From a plasmid, in the sequence record NZ_CP028352.1: a stretch of DNA of 64,000 nucleotides, one strand, 5' to 3'. The position numbers and the translations under genes were made by a program. Every line of letters begins with the position of its first letter. Within the stretch, counting starts at the first letter, position 1. Of the stretch, positions 16,777 through 26,372 are shown piece by piece. The notes beneath the pieces are model-generated. The model ran no database searches, was not told the origin of the DNA, and saw nothing but the letters and a program-made list of their open reading frames with translations.

Positions 16777-18105
16777 ATGGCCATGAAACTCATTAAAAAG
16801 AAGGCCCCGCGTGGTGCCCTGAAAAGCTGGTTATCTGAGGATGAAGAAGCTGCCGTTAAGAACTTCTTCGGTCGCAAGCAGGTATGCAATGCGCAGGAAC
16901 GTGCACTAGCGGAGAACGTGATTCATGAAATGCGCGAGAAGGAGCTCTGGCTGCATTGCAGCTGCGTGGGTGGCGATACGCCAGCACTGAACAATGCCAA
17001 ACTGAGATCTGAAACCCAAACGTTGTTTCTGTCCGGGTTTGGCCATAGCCACGACCCATCCTGTCCCATGCACAGGGTCTTTAAGGGTGACGAGGATACT
17101 ACCGGTTCAGGAACCCGTAAAAACGCTGGGAGCAAGCGATTAAACTATCGTGATTTTTTACCAAAAGATGAGTCAGAGACGACTATTAAGGCGCCAGGCA
17201 GCGCAGGATTTACTGGTCAGGATAGAACCAGGCGAAAACGCCGGCCACGAGTTGCACGTTTGCTTCTGACGCTGATTGAAGATGCCGGGCTGAATACTTT
17301 CAGCCCGATCAGCCCGCTGCCTAATCGGGCACCCAGAACATGGCTTGCCGCTCTCGCAGCCTCGGCAGATGCTCAGGAATTTGTGCGCGGGCGCAGGCTT
17401 TCGGAAATCGTACGGTTTCAGCCGACCATGGGCGAGTTTGCCCAGGAAAAATTAATGCTTGAACTGGAACGTACGGATGCCAACTGGCCGGCAGGAAAAG
17501 CCCGGGTGTTTTATCAGATATTTATGTCGGAGCTGGTCAGCCGTGAACATGTTACGTTCGCCTGGAAAGATGGGGAACGCAGGTTTTCTCCGGAGAAGGG
17601 TGTCAGCATCAATGGGGAATCACAGGAAGGCGTGAGGCCGCCTTACTGGGTCATACTGGCCTTCAAACGCTCAGCTGAAGGTAGCGTGATATGCAGCGAA
17701 GGGTATGCGCACGCACTATTCAGACGTAACTGCCCTGTCCCGGTAGACAGTGACCTTGAGAGGCAGACGATGGAAGGTATTGCTGAAGTGGCCAGCTGGC
17801 TTAAAGGCGGAGCAGACGTACTCACCCTCATAAAACCCCTGTTTGATATTGAGGTAGAGATGGAGGGGGAGAAAGGCTTTGTGCTGCCGGATTTTATTAT
17901 TCAGGCCAAATTGCCGGATGGCCGGGAACATGCCGTAGTGGTAGAGACGATGGGATATACCGATGATGAGTACTGCGAACGTAAAGCCGAACAGCATAAA
18001 GGGATGCGCACACTTGGAACCCTTCAGACGGATCCTCCGCGCTGGCCACATGAAGTCACTAAGCCTTTTACCAACCATTTGTATGGTGTAATCAAAAATC
18101 TATAA
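16777..18105 (+). CDS. Hypothetical Cys/His-cluster protein (442 aa) with a possible nuclease-like C-terminal domain.
   Basis: AAGGAG SD before MAMKLIKKK. HCSCVGG...HSHDPSCPMH metal-binding-like cluster. C-terminal GFVLPDFII...AVVVETMGYTDDEY resembles PD-(D/E)xK-type signatures, but this cannot be confirmed by eye. Confidence 0.4.
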   Translation: MAMKLIKKKAPRGALKSWLSEDEEAAVKNFFGRKQVCNAQERALAENVIHEMREKELWLHCSCVGGDTPALNNAKLRSETQTLFLSGFGHSHDPSCPMHRVFKGDEDTTGSGTRKNAGSKRLNYRDFLPKDESETTIKAPGSAGFTGQDRTRRKRRPRVARLLLTLIEDAGLNTFSPISPLPNRAPRTWLAALAASADAQEFVRGRRLSEIVRFQPTMGEFAQEKLMLELERTDANWPAGKARVFYQIFMSELVSREHVTFAWKDGERRFSPEKGVSINGESQEGVRPPYWVILAFKRSAEGSVICSEGYAHALFRRNCPVPVDSDLERQTMEGIAEVASWLKGGADVLTLIKPLFDIEVEMEGEKGFVLPDFIIQAKLPDGREHAVVVETMGYTDDEYCERKAEQHKGMRTLGTLQTDPPRWPHEVTKPFTNHLYGVIKNL

Positions 18106-18571
18106 AGATTACCGGATGCTCTTCTGGCGGCTGTAACAGGCCGCAACTGCCTTATAACGAGATTTGCTTATCGGCAAAAGTGCATGACCCATACGTACAT
18201 AGTCCCGCAACACACAGTATGACAATCACTATCACACCTGACGAGAACCCATTAAATCACTATTTTTTATCCAGCCAAAATGGCTGGGAGAAATTGCTAT
18301 AAAAATATCTATTTCAGTTTTCATATTTCTCTATCTCATCATTAAAATCGCTGGCATTATCGCACCCATAAATAAAGACTTCCGATATTACATCTGCATA
18401 GACATTTATAATGACTCTGTTCTTTTTTATCCCCCCCCGGCAGACATCCACAAAGAAACAGATAATTTATTTTTACTTGTTGCGTTTCATTTAACCAATC
18501 AAAAATAAAATCATTCGCTTTTATTCTTCCCTTACAAATAATATACTATACGCTTTCTTTTTCATTACATA

Positions 18572-20605
18572 GTGCGCTTCATGCCAAATAAAATCCTCAC
18601 AGATACCTATCGTAAAGACATTGATGGCCTCAGAGCATTAGCTGTCGTTCTTGTCATTCTTTTCCATGCCGGAATTAGTCAGATAGCATCCGGATTTATA
18701 GGGGTCGATATTTTCTTTGCGATTTCTGGTTTTTTGATAACAGGAATTATTGTAAAACAAAGAGAGAAGGGTATCTTCGGCCTGGCGAACTTCTTCGTGC
18801 ACCGTCTCTGGCGCATACAGCCTGCTTTTATCACGATGTCCCTGGCTACGCTTATAGCAACGTTCTATTTGTATCTGCCGGATGATTTTCTGGCATACCT
18901 GCACAGTAGTTACTACAACGCTTTACTGCTTTCAAATCAGTTCTTTGCACGTCAGAGTGCTGCGTATGCTTCTCCTGCAGCCGATCTGTTCCCTTTACTC
19001 CATACCTGGTCTCTGGCAATTGAGTGGCAGTGGTATCTTTTTCTCCCACTGGGCATTTTACTGTCAGGTGCCATCTTACGGCTTAAGTCGATTCAGAAGG
19101 TGATCAGTAACCCGGCGAATGCACTTGCTGCAGTGTGGTTTATCCTGACGCCGCTGGCAGCTGCTCTGGCGCTGATTATTGCCAGCCGAGAGGCCGATAC
19201 AGCCTATTACTCACTGCTTACCCGTATATTCGAATTCATGGTGGGGGGAGCTGCATTTTTTCTGACTCGCTATATTCGCTCGGTTCCTTCAGCTGTCTCT
19301 AACTGTACAGGCATTTTATCGCTTGCCGTGTTGCTTTATATCGCGATTCACCCTGACGTTATCGGGTTCTATCCAAATCTCTATGCATTGCTGGTCGTCA
19401 CTGCTTCAGCCTTACTCATGTTTACCGGAACGTACGGAAACAGCATCGCATCAAAGTTACTTAGCCTGACACCCATCGCATTCACGGGCAGGATATCTTA
19501 TTCGTTATATCTCTGGCACTGGCCCGTTCTGGCCATAACTCGTTACCTGGGTTACGACCTGACTGGCTTCACGCTTCTTTTGTGCCTGACTCTGACGGTC
19601 CTGCTGTCGCTGATTAGCTATTATCTTGTGGAACAGCCATGCAGACGGTTGCGCTGGCCTCTGAAATATACGATTCCCCTGCTGATCATCGTCCCGATCA
19701 TTATCTTCAACGCTGTGTTCAAATTTGCAGAGAACCGTGACGGCATGCCAGGACGATTCGGTGTTGAATATGACCGCATGGCTCACAATATCAGTGCTGG
19801 TTTAGCTCAGGCCGGACACCGTCCGGACTGTCTGGATGGATCTCAGAATGCGGACAAATGCATGTTCGGAGATCTTAAAGGTCAGAAAACAGCCCTGATG
19901 ATCGGAGATTCTCACTCAAACCATTTCTGGGGGTTCTTCGATGTGCTCGCTAAGGACGCTCAAATCCAGATGACTGCGTTGAGTACGGCGTTGTGTTTAG
20001 CGCTGCCGGATACATACCTTTATGACTGGTGGTCATTCCGGAACCAGACCTTTGATAAATGCCATGAAAATACGGCTAAGTATTATGACCTGATTGCTAA
20101 AAATCATTATGACTACGTTATTCTGGGCCAGGTCTGGGAATGGTACGTAAGTGGTCCTCATGTCATAAACCATCCAGGTGACGAGCGCTCTGATGCACTG
20201 ACTAAAGAACGTTTTAACGTCGCCATACGGCAGGCATTGAAAGCGATAATCGCATCAGGAGCACGGCCGGTGATAATAAGAACCGTAGCTCCTATGCCCG
20301 TTAATTATCAGTCATGTATCCGTCACCATGTCATTTTCAGAGAGCCTTATCGTCAGGATGAATGCGATAACCAAAACCCGAAAAGTCCTGAAAAAGAATG
20401 GACGCTGCCGCTGTTCGACCAGCTGCAGAAAGAATTTCCAACCCTGATTGTGATTGATCCTAAAAAAGTCCAATGCGAGAACAGCTATTGCATAACTGCA
20501 CTGGACGGGACCCCGCTCTATCGTGACGTTGGCCACCTGAATGATTTTGCATCCTATAAATTCGGGCAGGAATATTTGCGGAAATTTGGAAATCCGCTGA
20601 ATTAA
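18572..20605 (+). CDS. Acyltransferase-3 family membrane protein with a C-terminal SGNH domain (OafA/Oac-like O-acetyltransferase).
   Basis: The N-terminus (DGLRALAVVLVILFHAG...) matches the acyltransferase_3 signature. The C-terminal part carries LMIGDSHSNHFW (SGNH block I). AT-rich DNA upstream. Confidence 0.75.
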   Translation: MRFMPNKILTDTYRKDIDGLRALAVVLVILFHAGISQIASGFIGVDIFFAISGFLITGIIVKQREKGIFGLANFFVHRLWRIQPAFITMSLATLIATFYLYLPDDFLAYLHSSYYNALLLSNQFFARQSAAYASPAADLFPLLHTWSLAIEWQWYLFLPLGILLSGAILRLKSIQKVISNPANALAAVWFILTPLAAALALIIASREADTAYYSLLTRIFEFMVGGAAFFLTRYIRSVPSAVSNCTGILSLAVLLYIAIHPDVIGFYPNLYALLVVTASALLMFTGTYGNSIASKLLSLTPIAFTGRISYSLYLWHWPVLAITRYLGYDLTGFTLLLCLTLTVLLSLISYYLVEQPCRRLRWPLKYTIPLLIIVPIIIFNAVFKFAENRDGMPGRFGVEYDRMAHNISAGLAQAGHRPDCLDGSQNADKCMFGDLKGQKTALMIGDSHSNHFWGFFDVLAKDAQIQMTALSTALCLALPDTYLYDWWSFRNQTFDKCHENTAKYYDLIAKNHYDYVILGQVWEWYVSGPHVINHPGDERSDALTKERFNVAIRQALKAIIASGARPVIIRTVAPMPVNYQSCIRHHVIFREPYRQDECDNQNPKSPEKEWTLPLFDQLQKEFPTLIVIDPKKVQCENSYCITALDGTPLYRDVGHLNDFASYKFGQEYLRKFGNPLN

Positions 20606-20636
20606 AAAAAAGGGCCTCTCAGAGGCCCTTTTTATT
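20604..20636 (+). terminator. Intrinsic terminator after the acyltransferase gene (AGGGCCTCT-CAG-AGAGGCCCT-TTTTT).
   Basis: Perfect 9-bp stem followed by a T-run, preceded by an A-run (bidirectional). Confidence 0.75.
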
Positions 20637-20657
20637 ATCTCATCTGAGGAGATGTGA

Positions 20658-21690
20658 TCACTTAATAGATGGGATATCTTTCAGCCGCGTAGTGTAACGC
20701 GGTGACAACATTTCACGCTTCATCTGCCAGGCACTGTCACGTTCACCCTGACCGGCGAACCATACCTTTCCCTTACCTGAGCGGTTAATGGTGTCCAGTG
20801 CAGCCATCAGCGCATCAGCATTTGCACGCGGCTGCTGCTCGCTGAACATGTCGAATTGCGCGACCCCAGACTGATAAAAATCACCCAGCATGACGCCCGC
20901 TTTAGCGTACCGGTAGCCTTCAAGCCAGATAGTGCTGAGTCCGCGGAGCGCTGACTCAATAATGTCGCGCGTATCATTCGTCGGATAATCGCAGATGCGC
21001 GAGGCGGTATTCGAATACTGTGGCTCATCGCCATGCCGGCCCGTTGCGATGGATACACTGATATGACGGCAGCGCGAATTCTGCTCCCTAAGTTTTTCCG
21101 CCGCACGTGTGGCATACAGCACGATTGCCTGCTGCATATCTTCCAGTTTTGTGACTCTTTCGCCAAATGATCGCGAGTTTAGGATGTGCTGCTTTGGCGG
21201 CGGGGCATCTTCCAGTGCAATACAGGACTCACCATTAAGCTCGCGAGTAGTACGCTCAACGATAACGTCAAAATTTTTCCGTATCATGCTGATGTTGCTG
21301 TCAGCCAGCTGCAGAGCCGTGGTGATCCCAAGCTGGTACATGCGCTTAGTAATGCGCGGCCCAATACCCCAGATATCGCTGACGTCGGTCAGGTCCAGTA
21401 GTTTTCGCTGACGGGTTCGGCTGGACAGGTCTACCACACCCATTGTCTGGGTCCATTTCTTCGCGGCATGGTTAGCCAATTTGGCCAGCGTTTTCGTTGG
21501 GCCGAATCCTACGCCGATAATTAACCCGGTTTCCTTCCGGATGCGCTCTCGCATCTGCTGTCCGAAAGTTTCTAGAGGGATCAGGCTATCGATCCCTGTG
21601 ACGTCAAGAAACGACTCATCAATGGAGTAAACCTCCTGACCTGCGGCCATTTCGCCCAGTATGGCCATCATGCGCGCTGACATGTCGCCA
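20658..21690 (-). pseudogene. umuC: 3' fragment of a second umuC-like gene (lacks the first ~80 codons), cut at the left end of the inserted element.
   Basis: Translation ...GDMSARMMAILGEMAAGQEVYSIDESFLDVTG... aligns from UmuC residue ~80 to the C-terminus. The missing N-terminus is found at 32675-32904 on the same strand. Confidence 0.8.
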
Positions 21691-21933
21691 TTTATGTGGA
21701 ATGCAATTTAAACAAAAAAAATGAGCAACTATTCCTCATGGACTGAAATCCAGAGCCCCACTTATTCAGCCTTAAATTGCTGCAGTTTACCTCCGCTCAG
21801 AGCATAAAGAAGTGAACTGGTAAGACATAGCCGGAAAATCGATTTCCCTGAGAGGGGGTTATCTGCCACGCTTCTTCTGAAGCCCTTAAGCGGGCAATGA
21901 GTCTTATCCCTTACCACCCCCTATGCAGGAAAA

Positions 21934-22935
21934 ATGATGATAAAAAAATACAGGATCCCGGGACTGACCGCGGTGGCGCTTCTTCTCATCAGCACCCTCG
22001 CCGGTGCCGCAGAGGCGCGCTGGACGTTTGACGGCGATATCCACAACAATTCTCTTGCTGTCAGTCCCGATGAAAAAACGGCGGTGGCCTCCTACAGTGA
22101 GCGCCCTGACGTGGTGGTTTACGACCTGGTTAACGGCAAAGTCAGAAAGGTGCTGAAGGGATACGTCACGCCCCGCAATGCGCTTTTCTCCCCCGACGGG
22201 AAGGCTGTATATCTTTCAGACAGCAGCCTCGGCGTGGTCAGAAAAATCAGCACCGGGACGCTTGACGTGGAGACCACGCTGCCGCTGGGGGCCGGGGCAT
22301 TCGGTACAGCCATCAGCCGTGACGGTCAGCGTCTGTATGTGAATAACGAAGCCGCCAGCACACTCTCGGTGTATGACCTGACCCACAACCGGCCCGTTTC
22401 GGTTGTGACGGGTTTTGCTCAGCCCCGTCAGGGCATCAAAATCAGCCCGGACGGCAAAACCGTCTACGTCACCAACTTTAAGGGCGATAAAATCACCCTC
22501 GTTGACGCCGTAACGGGTGAGATTCGCGGCGAGATAACCGGCTTCAGCAAGCTGCGCGCCATTTCTGTCAGCGCCGACGGCCGCACGCTTTACGCGGCTA
22601 ACAGCGGGAGCAACACCATCGCAGTGGTTGACACGCAGAAGCGCGCCATTACGGCAACCATTCCCGTGGGGCAGGACCCTTACGGTGCCGCCCTGACACC
22701 GGATAACCGCTATGTTTACAGCGGCAACCTGGGTGACAACAGCCTCTCCGTTATTGATACCGCCGCCGGTAAGGTGGTCGCCACTGTTACCGGACTGGAT
22801 GCGCCCCGTCAGGCCATCGTTTTCAGTAAAGACAGTGCCCGCGCGTGGGTGCTGAATAAAGACCTCAGTATTTCGGTGGTTGACCTGAAACAGAACCGCG
22901 TCACGGCCACGATTAAAAGCCCGCCGAAGGCCTGA
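21934..22935 (+). CDS. Secreted YVTN-family beta-propeller repeat protein.
   Basis: Signal peptide MMIKKYRIPGLTAVALLLISTLAGAAEA and repeated ~40-aa units (LYVNNEAASTLSVYDL / VYVTNFKGDKITLVDA / LYAANSGSNTIAVVDT / VYSGNLGDNSLSVIDT). Confidence 0.7.
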   Translation: MMIKKYRIPGLTAVALLLISTLAGAAEARWTFDGDIHNNSLAVSPDEKTAVASYSERPDVVVYDLVNGKVRKVLKGYVTPRNALFSPDGKAVYLSDSSLGVVRKISTGTLDVETTLPLGAGAFGTAISRDGQRLYVNNEAASTLSVYDLTHNRPVSVVTGFAQPRQGIKISPDGKTVYVTNFKGDKITLVDAVTGEIRGEITGFSKLRAISVSADGRTLYAANSGSNTIAVVDTQKRAITATIPVGQDPYGAALTPDNRYVYSGNLGDNSLSVIDTAAGKVVATVTGLDAPRQAIVFSKDSARAWVLNKDLSISVVDLKQNRVTATIKSPPKA

Positions 22936-23087
22936 TTCAGTCCCTCCCTCACTCCGGTGCAGTAACAGTCTTTCGCAGGGTGAGGGAGGATAAACCACTT
23001 TTACAGATTTATTTTAGCTGAATAACCTGTTTTAAAGATTTACGTCTGCATGCCTATACTGTTTCTGTTTACACAGGAGATCCCGGC

Positions 23088-24248
23088 ATGAACGATAAAA
23101 TATTTACCCTGCATAACGGAGCACGCCCGCTGAGCGCGCTGAGCAGCCCGAAAGAGGCCATACGTCAGTTCACGCCAAACTGGTTCGCCGCCACCATGGG
23201 AACCGGTATCCTGTCGCTGTCTCTGGCGCAGTTCCCCTGGCCGGTTCCGGGATTGCGCCTCGTCGCGGAAGGGCTGTGGATGTTTAACATCCTGCTGTTC
23301 AGCGTTTTTGCCGTGATGTATCTGGCCCGCTGGGTCATGTACTTCGGTGAGGCAAAGCGCATCTTCGGCCATTCAACCGTGTCCATGTTCTTCGGCACCA
23401 TCCCGATGGGCATGGCGACCATCATCAACGGCCTGCTGGCGTTCGGTCTTCCCCGGTGGGGCGCAGACGTCATTCCGGTGGCGCACGCCCTGTGGTGGCT
23501 GGACGTGGCGATGTCGCTGCTGTGCGGCGTGTGTATTCCTTACATGATGTTTACCCGGCAGCAGCACAGCATTGACCAGATGACGGCCGTCTGGTTACTG
23601 CCGGTTGTGGCTGCCGAGGTCGCAGCGGTCAGCGGCGGCCTGCTGGCGCCGCACATTGCCGACACCCACGCGCAGCTCGGCATCATTATTACCAGCTACG
23701 TGCTGTGGGCTTACTCCGTACCGGTGGCGCTGAGCATCCTTGCCATCCTGCTGCTGCGTATGGCCCTGCACAAGCTGCCGCACGAAAGCATGGCAGCCTC
23801 AAGCTGGCTGGCCCTGGGGCCGATTGGCACCGGTTCGCTCGGTATGCTGGTCATCGGCGGCGATGCGCCCGGGGTGTTTGCCGCGGCGGGCATGCCGGAA
23901 ATCGCTCACATCGCGCAGGGCGTGGGGTTCGTTGCCGGCATTCTCTTCTGGGGCTGCGGCCTGTGGTGGATGCTGCTGGCCACGCTGATAACCGTGCGAT
24001 ACTTTCGTGAAGGCATTCCGTTCAACCTGGGATGGTGGGGCTTTACCTTCCCGCTGGGCGTGTACACCGTCGCCACGCTGAAGCTGTCCACCCTCGTTGA
24101 CCTGGCGTTCTTTAAAGGCTTCGGCGCGCTTCTTGTCGTCATGCTGGCCGCCATGTGGCTGCTTGTCGCTGTGAAGACGGTGCGCGGGGCATGGAGCGGG
24201 AAACTCTTTGTTTCCCCCTGCCTGGCAGGCCTGGACCGGAAGTCGTGA
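23088..24248 (+). CDS. TDT-family (TehA/SLAC1-like) anion channel/transporter.
   Basis: 10-TM protein beginning MNDKIF...FTPNWFAATMGTGILSLSL, the conserved TehA/Mae1 N-terminal signature. Confidence 0.65.
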   Translation: MNDKIFTLHNGARPLSALSSPKEAIRQFTPNWFAATMGTGILSLSLAQFPWPVPGLRLVAEGLWMFNILLFSVFAVMYLARWVMYFGEAKRIFGHSTVSMFFGTIPMGMATIINGLLAFGLPRWGADVIPVAHALWWLDVAMSLLCGVCIPYMMFTRQQHSIDQMTAVWLLPVVAAEVAAVSGGLLAPHIADTHAQLGIIITSYVLWAYSVPVALSILAILLLRMALHKLPHESMAASSWLALGPIGTGSLGMLVIGGDAPGVFAAAGMPEIAHIAQGVGFVAGILFWGCGLWWMLLATLITVRYFREGIPFNLGWWGFTFPLGVYTVATLKLSTLVDLAFFKGFGALLVVMLAAMWLLVAVKTVRGAWSGKLFVSPCLAGLDRKS

Positions 24249-24844
24249 GTGAAACCTGCACGTCGCTGCTGGACCCCTTTCTGCGCGAGGAGCGCCTCGC
24301 GGCGATTACCGCGCCGCACGTAGCCGCGCTGAATCGCTGGGTCAGCGGGCAGCGTCAGGCCGGCGTGGAACTGCCGTGGTTTGATCCGGCCGACGGCGGG
24401 ACCGGGGCCGGACTGCTTGTCCTGCTGCAGTCGCCGGCGCGCAGCAGCCCGTCACCCCGGTTCGTTTCGCGAGATAACCCGGGGCCGGCCCAGCAGAATC
24501 TGGGGCGGTTTCTGGCGGAGGCCGGTATTGCGCGCCGGGACAGCGTGCTGTGGAATACGGTGCCCTGGGTCAGTGACGGGCCGCAGAAACGGCCCTCAGC
24601 GGCGGACATCCGCAGCGGCTGCGCCTGGCTTGAGGGCGTGCTGGCGTATCTGCCCGCGCTGCGCGTGGTGGTGCTGGCCGGTGCCGTAGCGGCGCAGGCC
24701 CGCGGGACGGTCAGCTGCCTTCGCCCCGGCGTCACGGTGCTGACTATGCCTCACCCCAGCCCGCTGTCGCTTTGCACAAGCCCGGCAGTGCCGGAAAACA
24801 TCCGCCAGGTGCTCCGCGAGGCACGCACTGCGCTGGCGGGCTGA
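24245..24844 (+). CDS. Uracil-DNA-glycosylase-superfamily-like protein (GTG start overlapping the upstream stop).
   Basis: GTGA overlap with the TehA-like stop. The weak match to the UDG fold (LLVLLQSP...TVPWVSDGP...LPALRVVVLAG) is a tentative assignment. Confidence 0.35.
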   Translation: MSETCTSLLDPFLREERLAAITAPHVAALNRWVSGQRQAGVELPWFDPADGGTGAGLLVLLQSPARSSPSPRFVSRDNPGPAQQNLGRFLAEAGIARRDSVLWNTVPWVSDGPQKRPSAADIRSGCAWLEGVLAYLPALRVVVLAGAVAAQARGTVSCLRPGVTVLTMPHPSPLSLCTSPAVPENIRQVLREARTALAG

Positions 24845-24897
24845 GAGCGCCGCCGGAATAATACTGACAGGTTTTGCAACCGGCTCTATACTCACAG

Positions 24898-24960
24898 TAC
24901 AGGGTGATGGCGTTCCACCCTTCCCAACCGCTCCGTTCAGGAGCTGATGACGCCTGATGT
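24898..24960 (+). ncRNA. Fluoride riboswitch (crcB RNA motif) aptamer upstream of the pyrophosphatase-enolase-crcB operon.
   Basis: ACAGGGUGAUGGCGUUCCACCC...AACCGCUCCGUUCAGGAGCUGAUGACGCCUGAUG matches the conserved GGnGAUGGnnUUCnCC ... AACCGCC ... CUGAUGAUnCCUAC blocks, including the GGCG/CGCC pseudoknot pair. Preceded by TGACAG-N16-TATACT promoter-like hexamers. Confidence 0.7.
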
Positions 24961-25041
24961 GACTCTTGATTTTCAGGAGGTGCGTCAGGCCGTCCTTACT
25001 TTCCTCCCGGCCTGCGTACTTCCCTCTATGGGGAGAGACCT

Positions 25042-25950
25042 GTGATACACGTTTTTGGCCACATTAATCCTGACAGCGACGCCATCTGCACGACCGTCGT
25101 CACCGCACACTGGCTGACCGGGCGCGGAATGGATGCCCGCGCATGGCGTCTCGGCGAGGCTAACCGGGAAACCCGCTTTATCTTTGACGCCGCCGGCCTC
25201 ACGCTGCCGCCGCTGCTCGCTTTTCCGCTAAAGGATGAACGGGTCTGGCTGGTCGATTTCACCGAACCGGCACAGGGGCCTGACGACCTGCTCCGGAGCA
25301 ACGTCGTGGGCATCACTGACCACCACCGGCTGGGCGGGCTGATAACGCAACTGCCGCCGGAGGTACATATTCGCCCGGTTGGCAGCAGCGCCACGCTGCT
25401 CTGGCTGCTGATGGACGCAGAAGCGCGCCGCATGCTGCCCCCGACGCTCGCCGTGCTTCTGCTGGGCGCACTCCTGAGTGATACCGTGAATCTTCGCTCG
25501 CCGACCACCACCGAAGACGATATCCGTTCGGCGACCGAACTGGGCGCACTGTCTGGCGTAAACCGCAGAGCCTTCGCCCGTGACCTCCTCACCGCAAAAA
25601 CAGACGTCAGCGGCCTCAGCGCACAGCAGCTGCTGGACAGGGACCTCAAGGCCTTCGTCATTGCCGGCACCGACGTGCGCATAGCCCAGATTGAGGTCAG
25701 CTCACCGTCACAGGTTGCCCCCGTGATGAACGACCTGCTCGCAGCACTGGCGTATCTGGCAGACCAGTCGGGAGCTGGCCTGGCGGTGCTGATGCTGACC
25801 GACATTCGTACCGGGTTCTCAACGCTTTACTTCGCCGGGCGGGAGAGCGTTAACGTCGCCTCCTGCTCCGTACCGGGCATGCTCAGCCGCAAAAAGCAGC
25901 TTCTGCCGTGGCTTGAGTCCCGCCTTAACCAGAACGGAGGTTCATTATGA
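25042..25950 (+). CDS. ppaC: Family II (DHH/DHHA2) Mn-dependent inorganic pyrophosphatase.
   Basis: N-terminal VIHVFGHINPDSDAICTTVVTAHWL (DHH motif I/II). 302 aa. Confidence 0.75.
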   Translation: MIHVFGHINPDSDAICTTVVTAHWLTGRGMDARAWRLGEANRETRFIFDAAGLTLPPLLAFPLKDERVWLVDFTEPAQGPDDLLRSNVVGITDHHRLGGLITQLPPEVHIRPVGSSATLLWLLMDAEARRMLPPTLAVLLLGALLSDTVNLRSPTTTEDDIRSATELGALSGVNRRAFARDLLTAKTDVSGLSAQQLLDRDLKAFVIAGTDVRIAQIEVSSPSQVAPVMNDLLAALAYLADQSGAGLAVLMLTDIRTGFSTLYFAGRESVNVASCSVPGMLSRKKQLLPWLESRLNQNGGSL

Positions 25951-26372
25951 CCTGCTACACCCACGCACTGATACTTGTGAACGATAAAAACGACGGCACT
26001 CTTCTGCTGAAACGGGCGGTCGCGCTGGCGCAGCCGCTCGGCATGAAAATCACCCTGGCGCACATCAGCGACGACTACCGGGAGATGAACTACGTGTCTG
26101 ACAGCCTGATGGACGACGTCGTGTCGGAGGAGGTGCTGAAAGGCAAAGCGTTTATGAGTGAGCTGGCGGCCTCCGTGCCTGAGACGGTAGACACGCGGGA
26201 GCTGGTGACCATGCGCCGCGTTGAGGACGTGGAGAAGTGCATCGCGGAGCTGGGCGTGGACCTCGTGCTTGCCGGGCACCGAAACCGCTTTATGGGAATG
26301 CTCACCTCCCGCTCGGCGGACTACATCAACCACCTTACGGTGGATGTGCTTATCACTCACCTGACTGACTGA
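25947..26372 (+). CDS. Universal stress protein (UspA family).
   Basis: 141 aa. ATGA overlap with ppaC. C-terminal GxxG...GSVT-like ATP-binding region (VLAGHRNRFMGMLTSRSADYINHLTVDVLI). Confidence 0.6.
   Translation: MTCYTHALILVNDKNDGTLLLKRAVALAQPLGMKITLAHISDDYREMNYVSDSLMDDVVSEEVLKGKAFMSELAASVPETVDTRELVTMRRVEDVEKCIAELGVDLVLAGHRNRFMGMLTSRSADYINHLTVDVLITHLTD

Noticed and set aside
22216-22998. 260-aa ORF on the minus strand antisense to the YVTN beta-propeller gene
   Set aside because: It is entirely nested in a well-supported plus-strand gene in high-GC DNA. It has an Arg/Gly/Ala-rich, low-complexity translation typical of antisense GC-rich frames, and no RBS.
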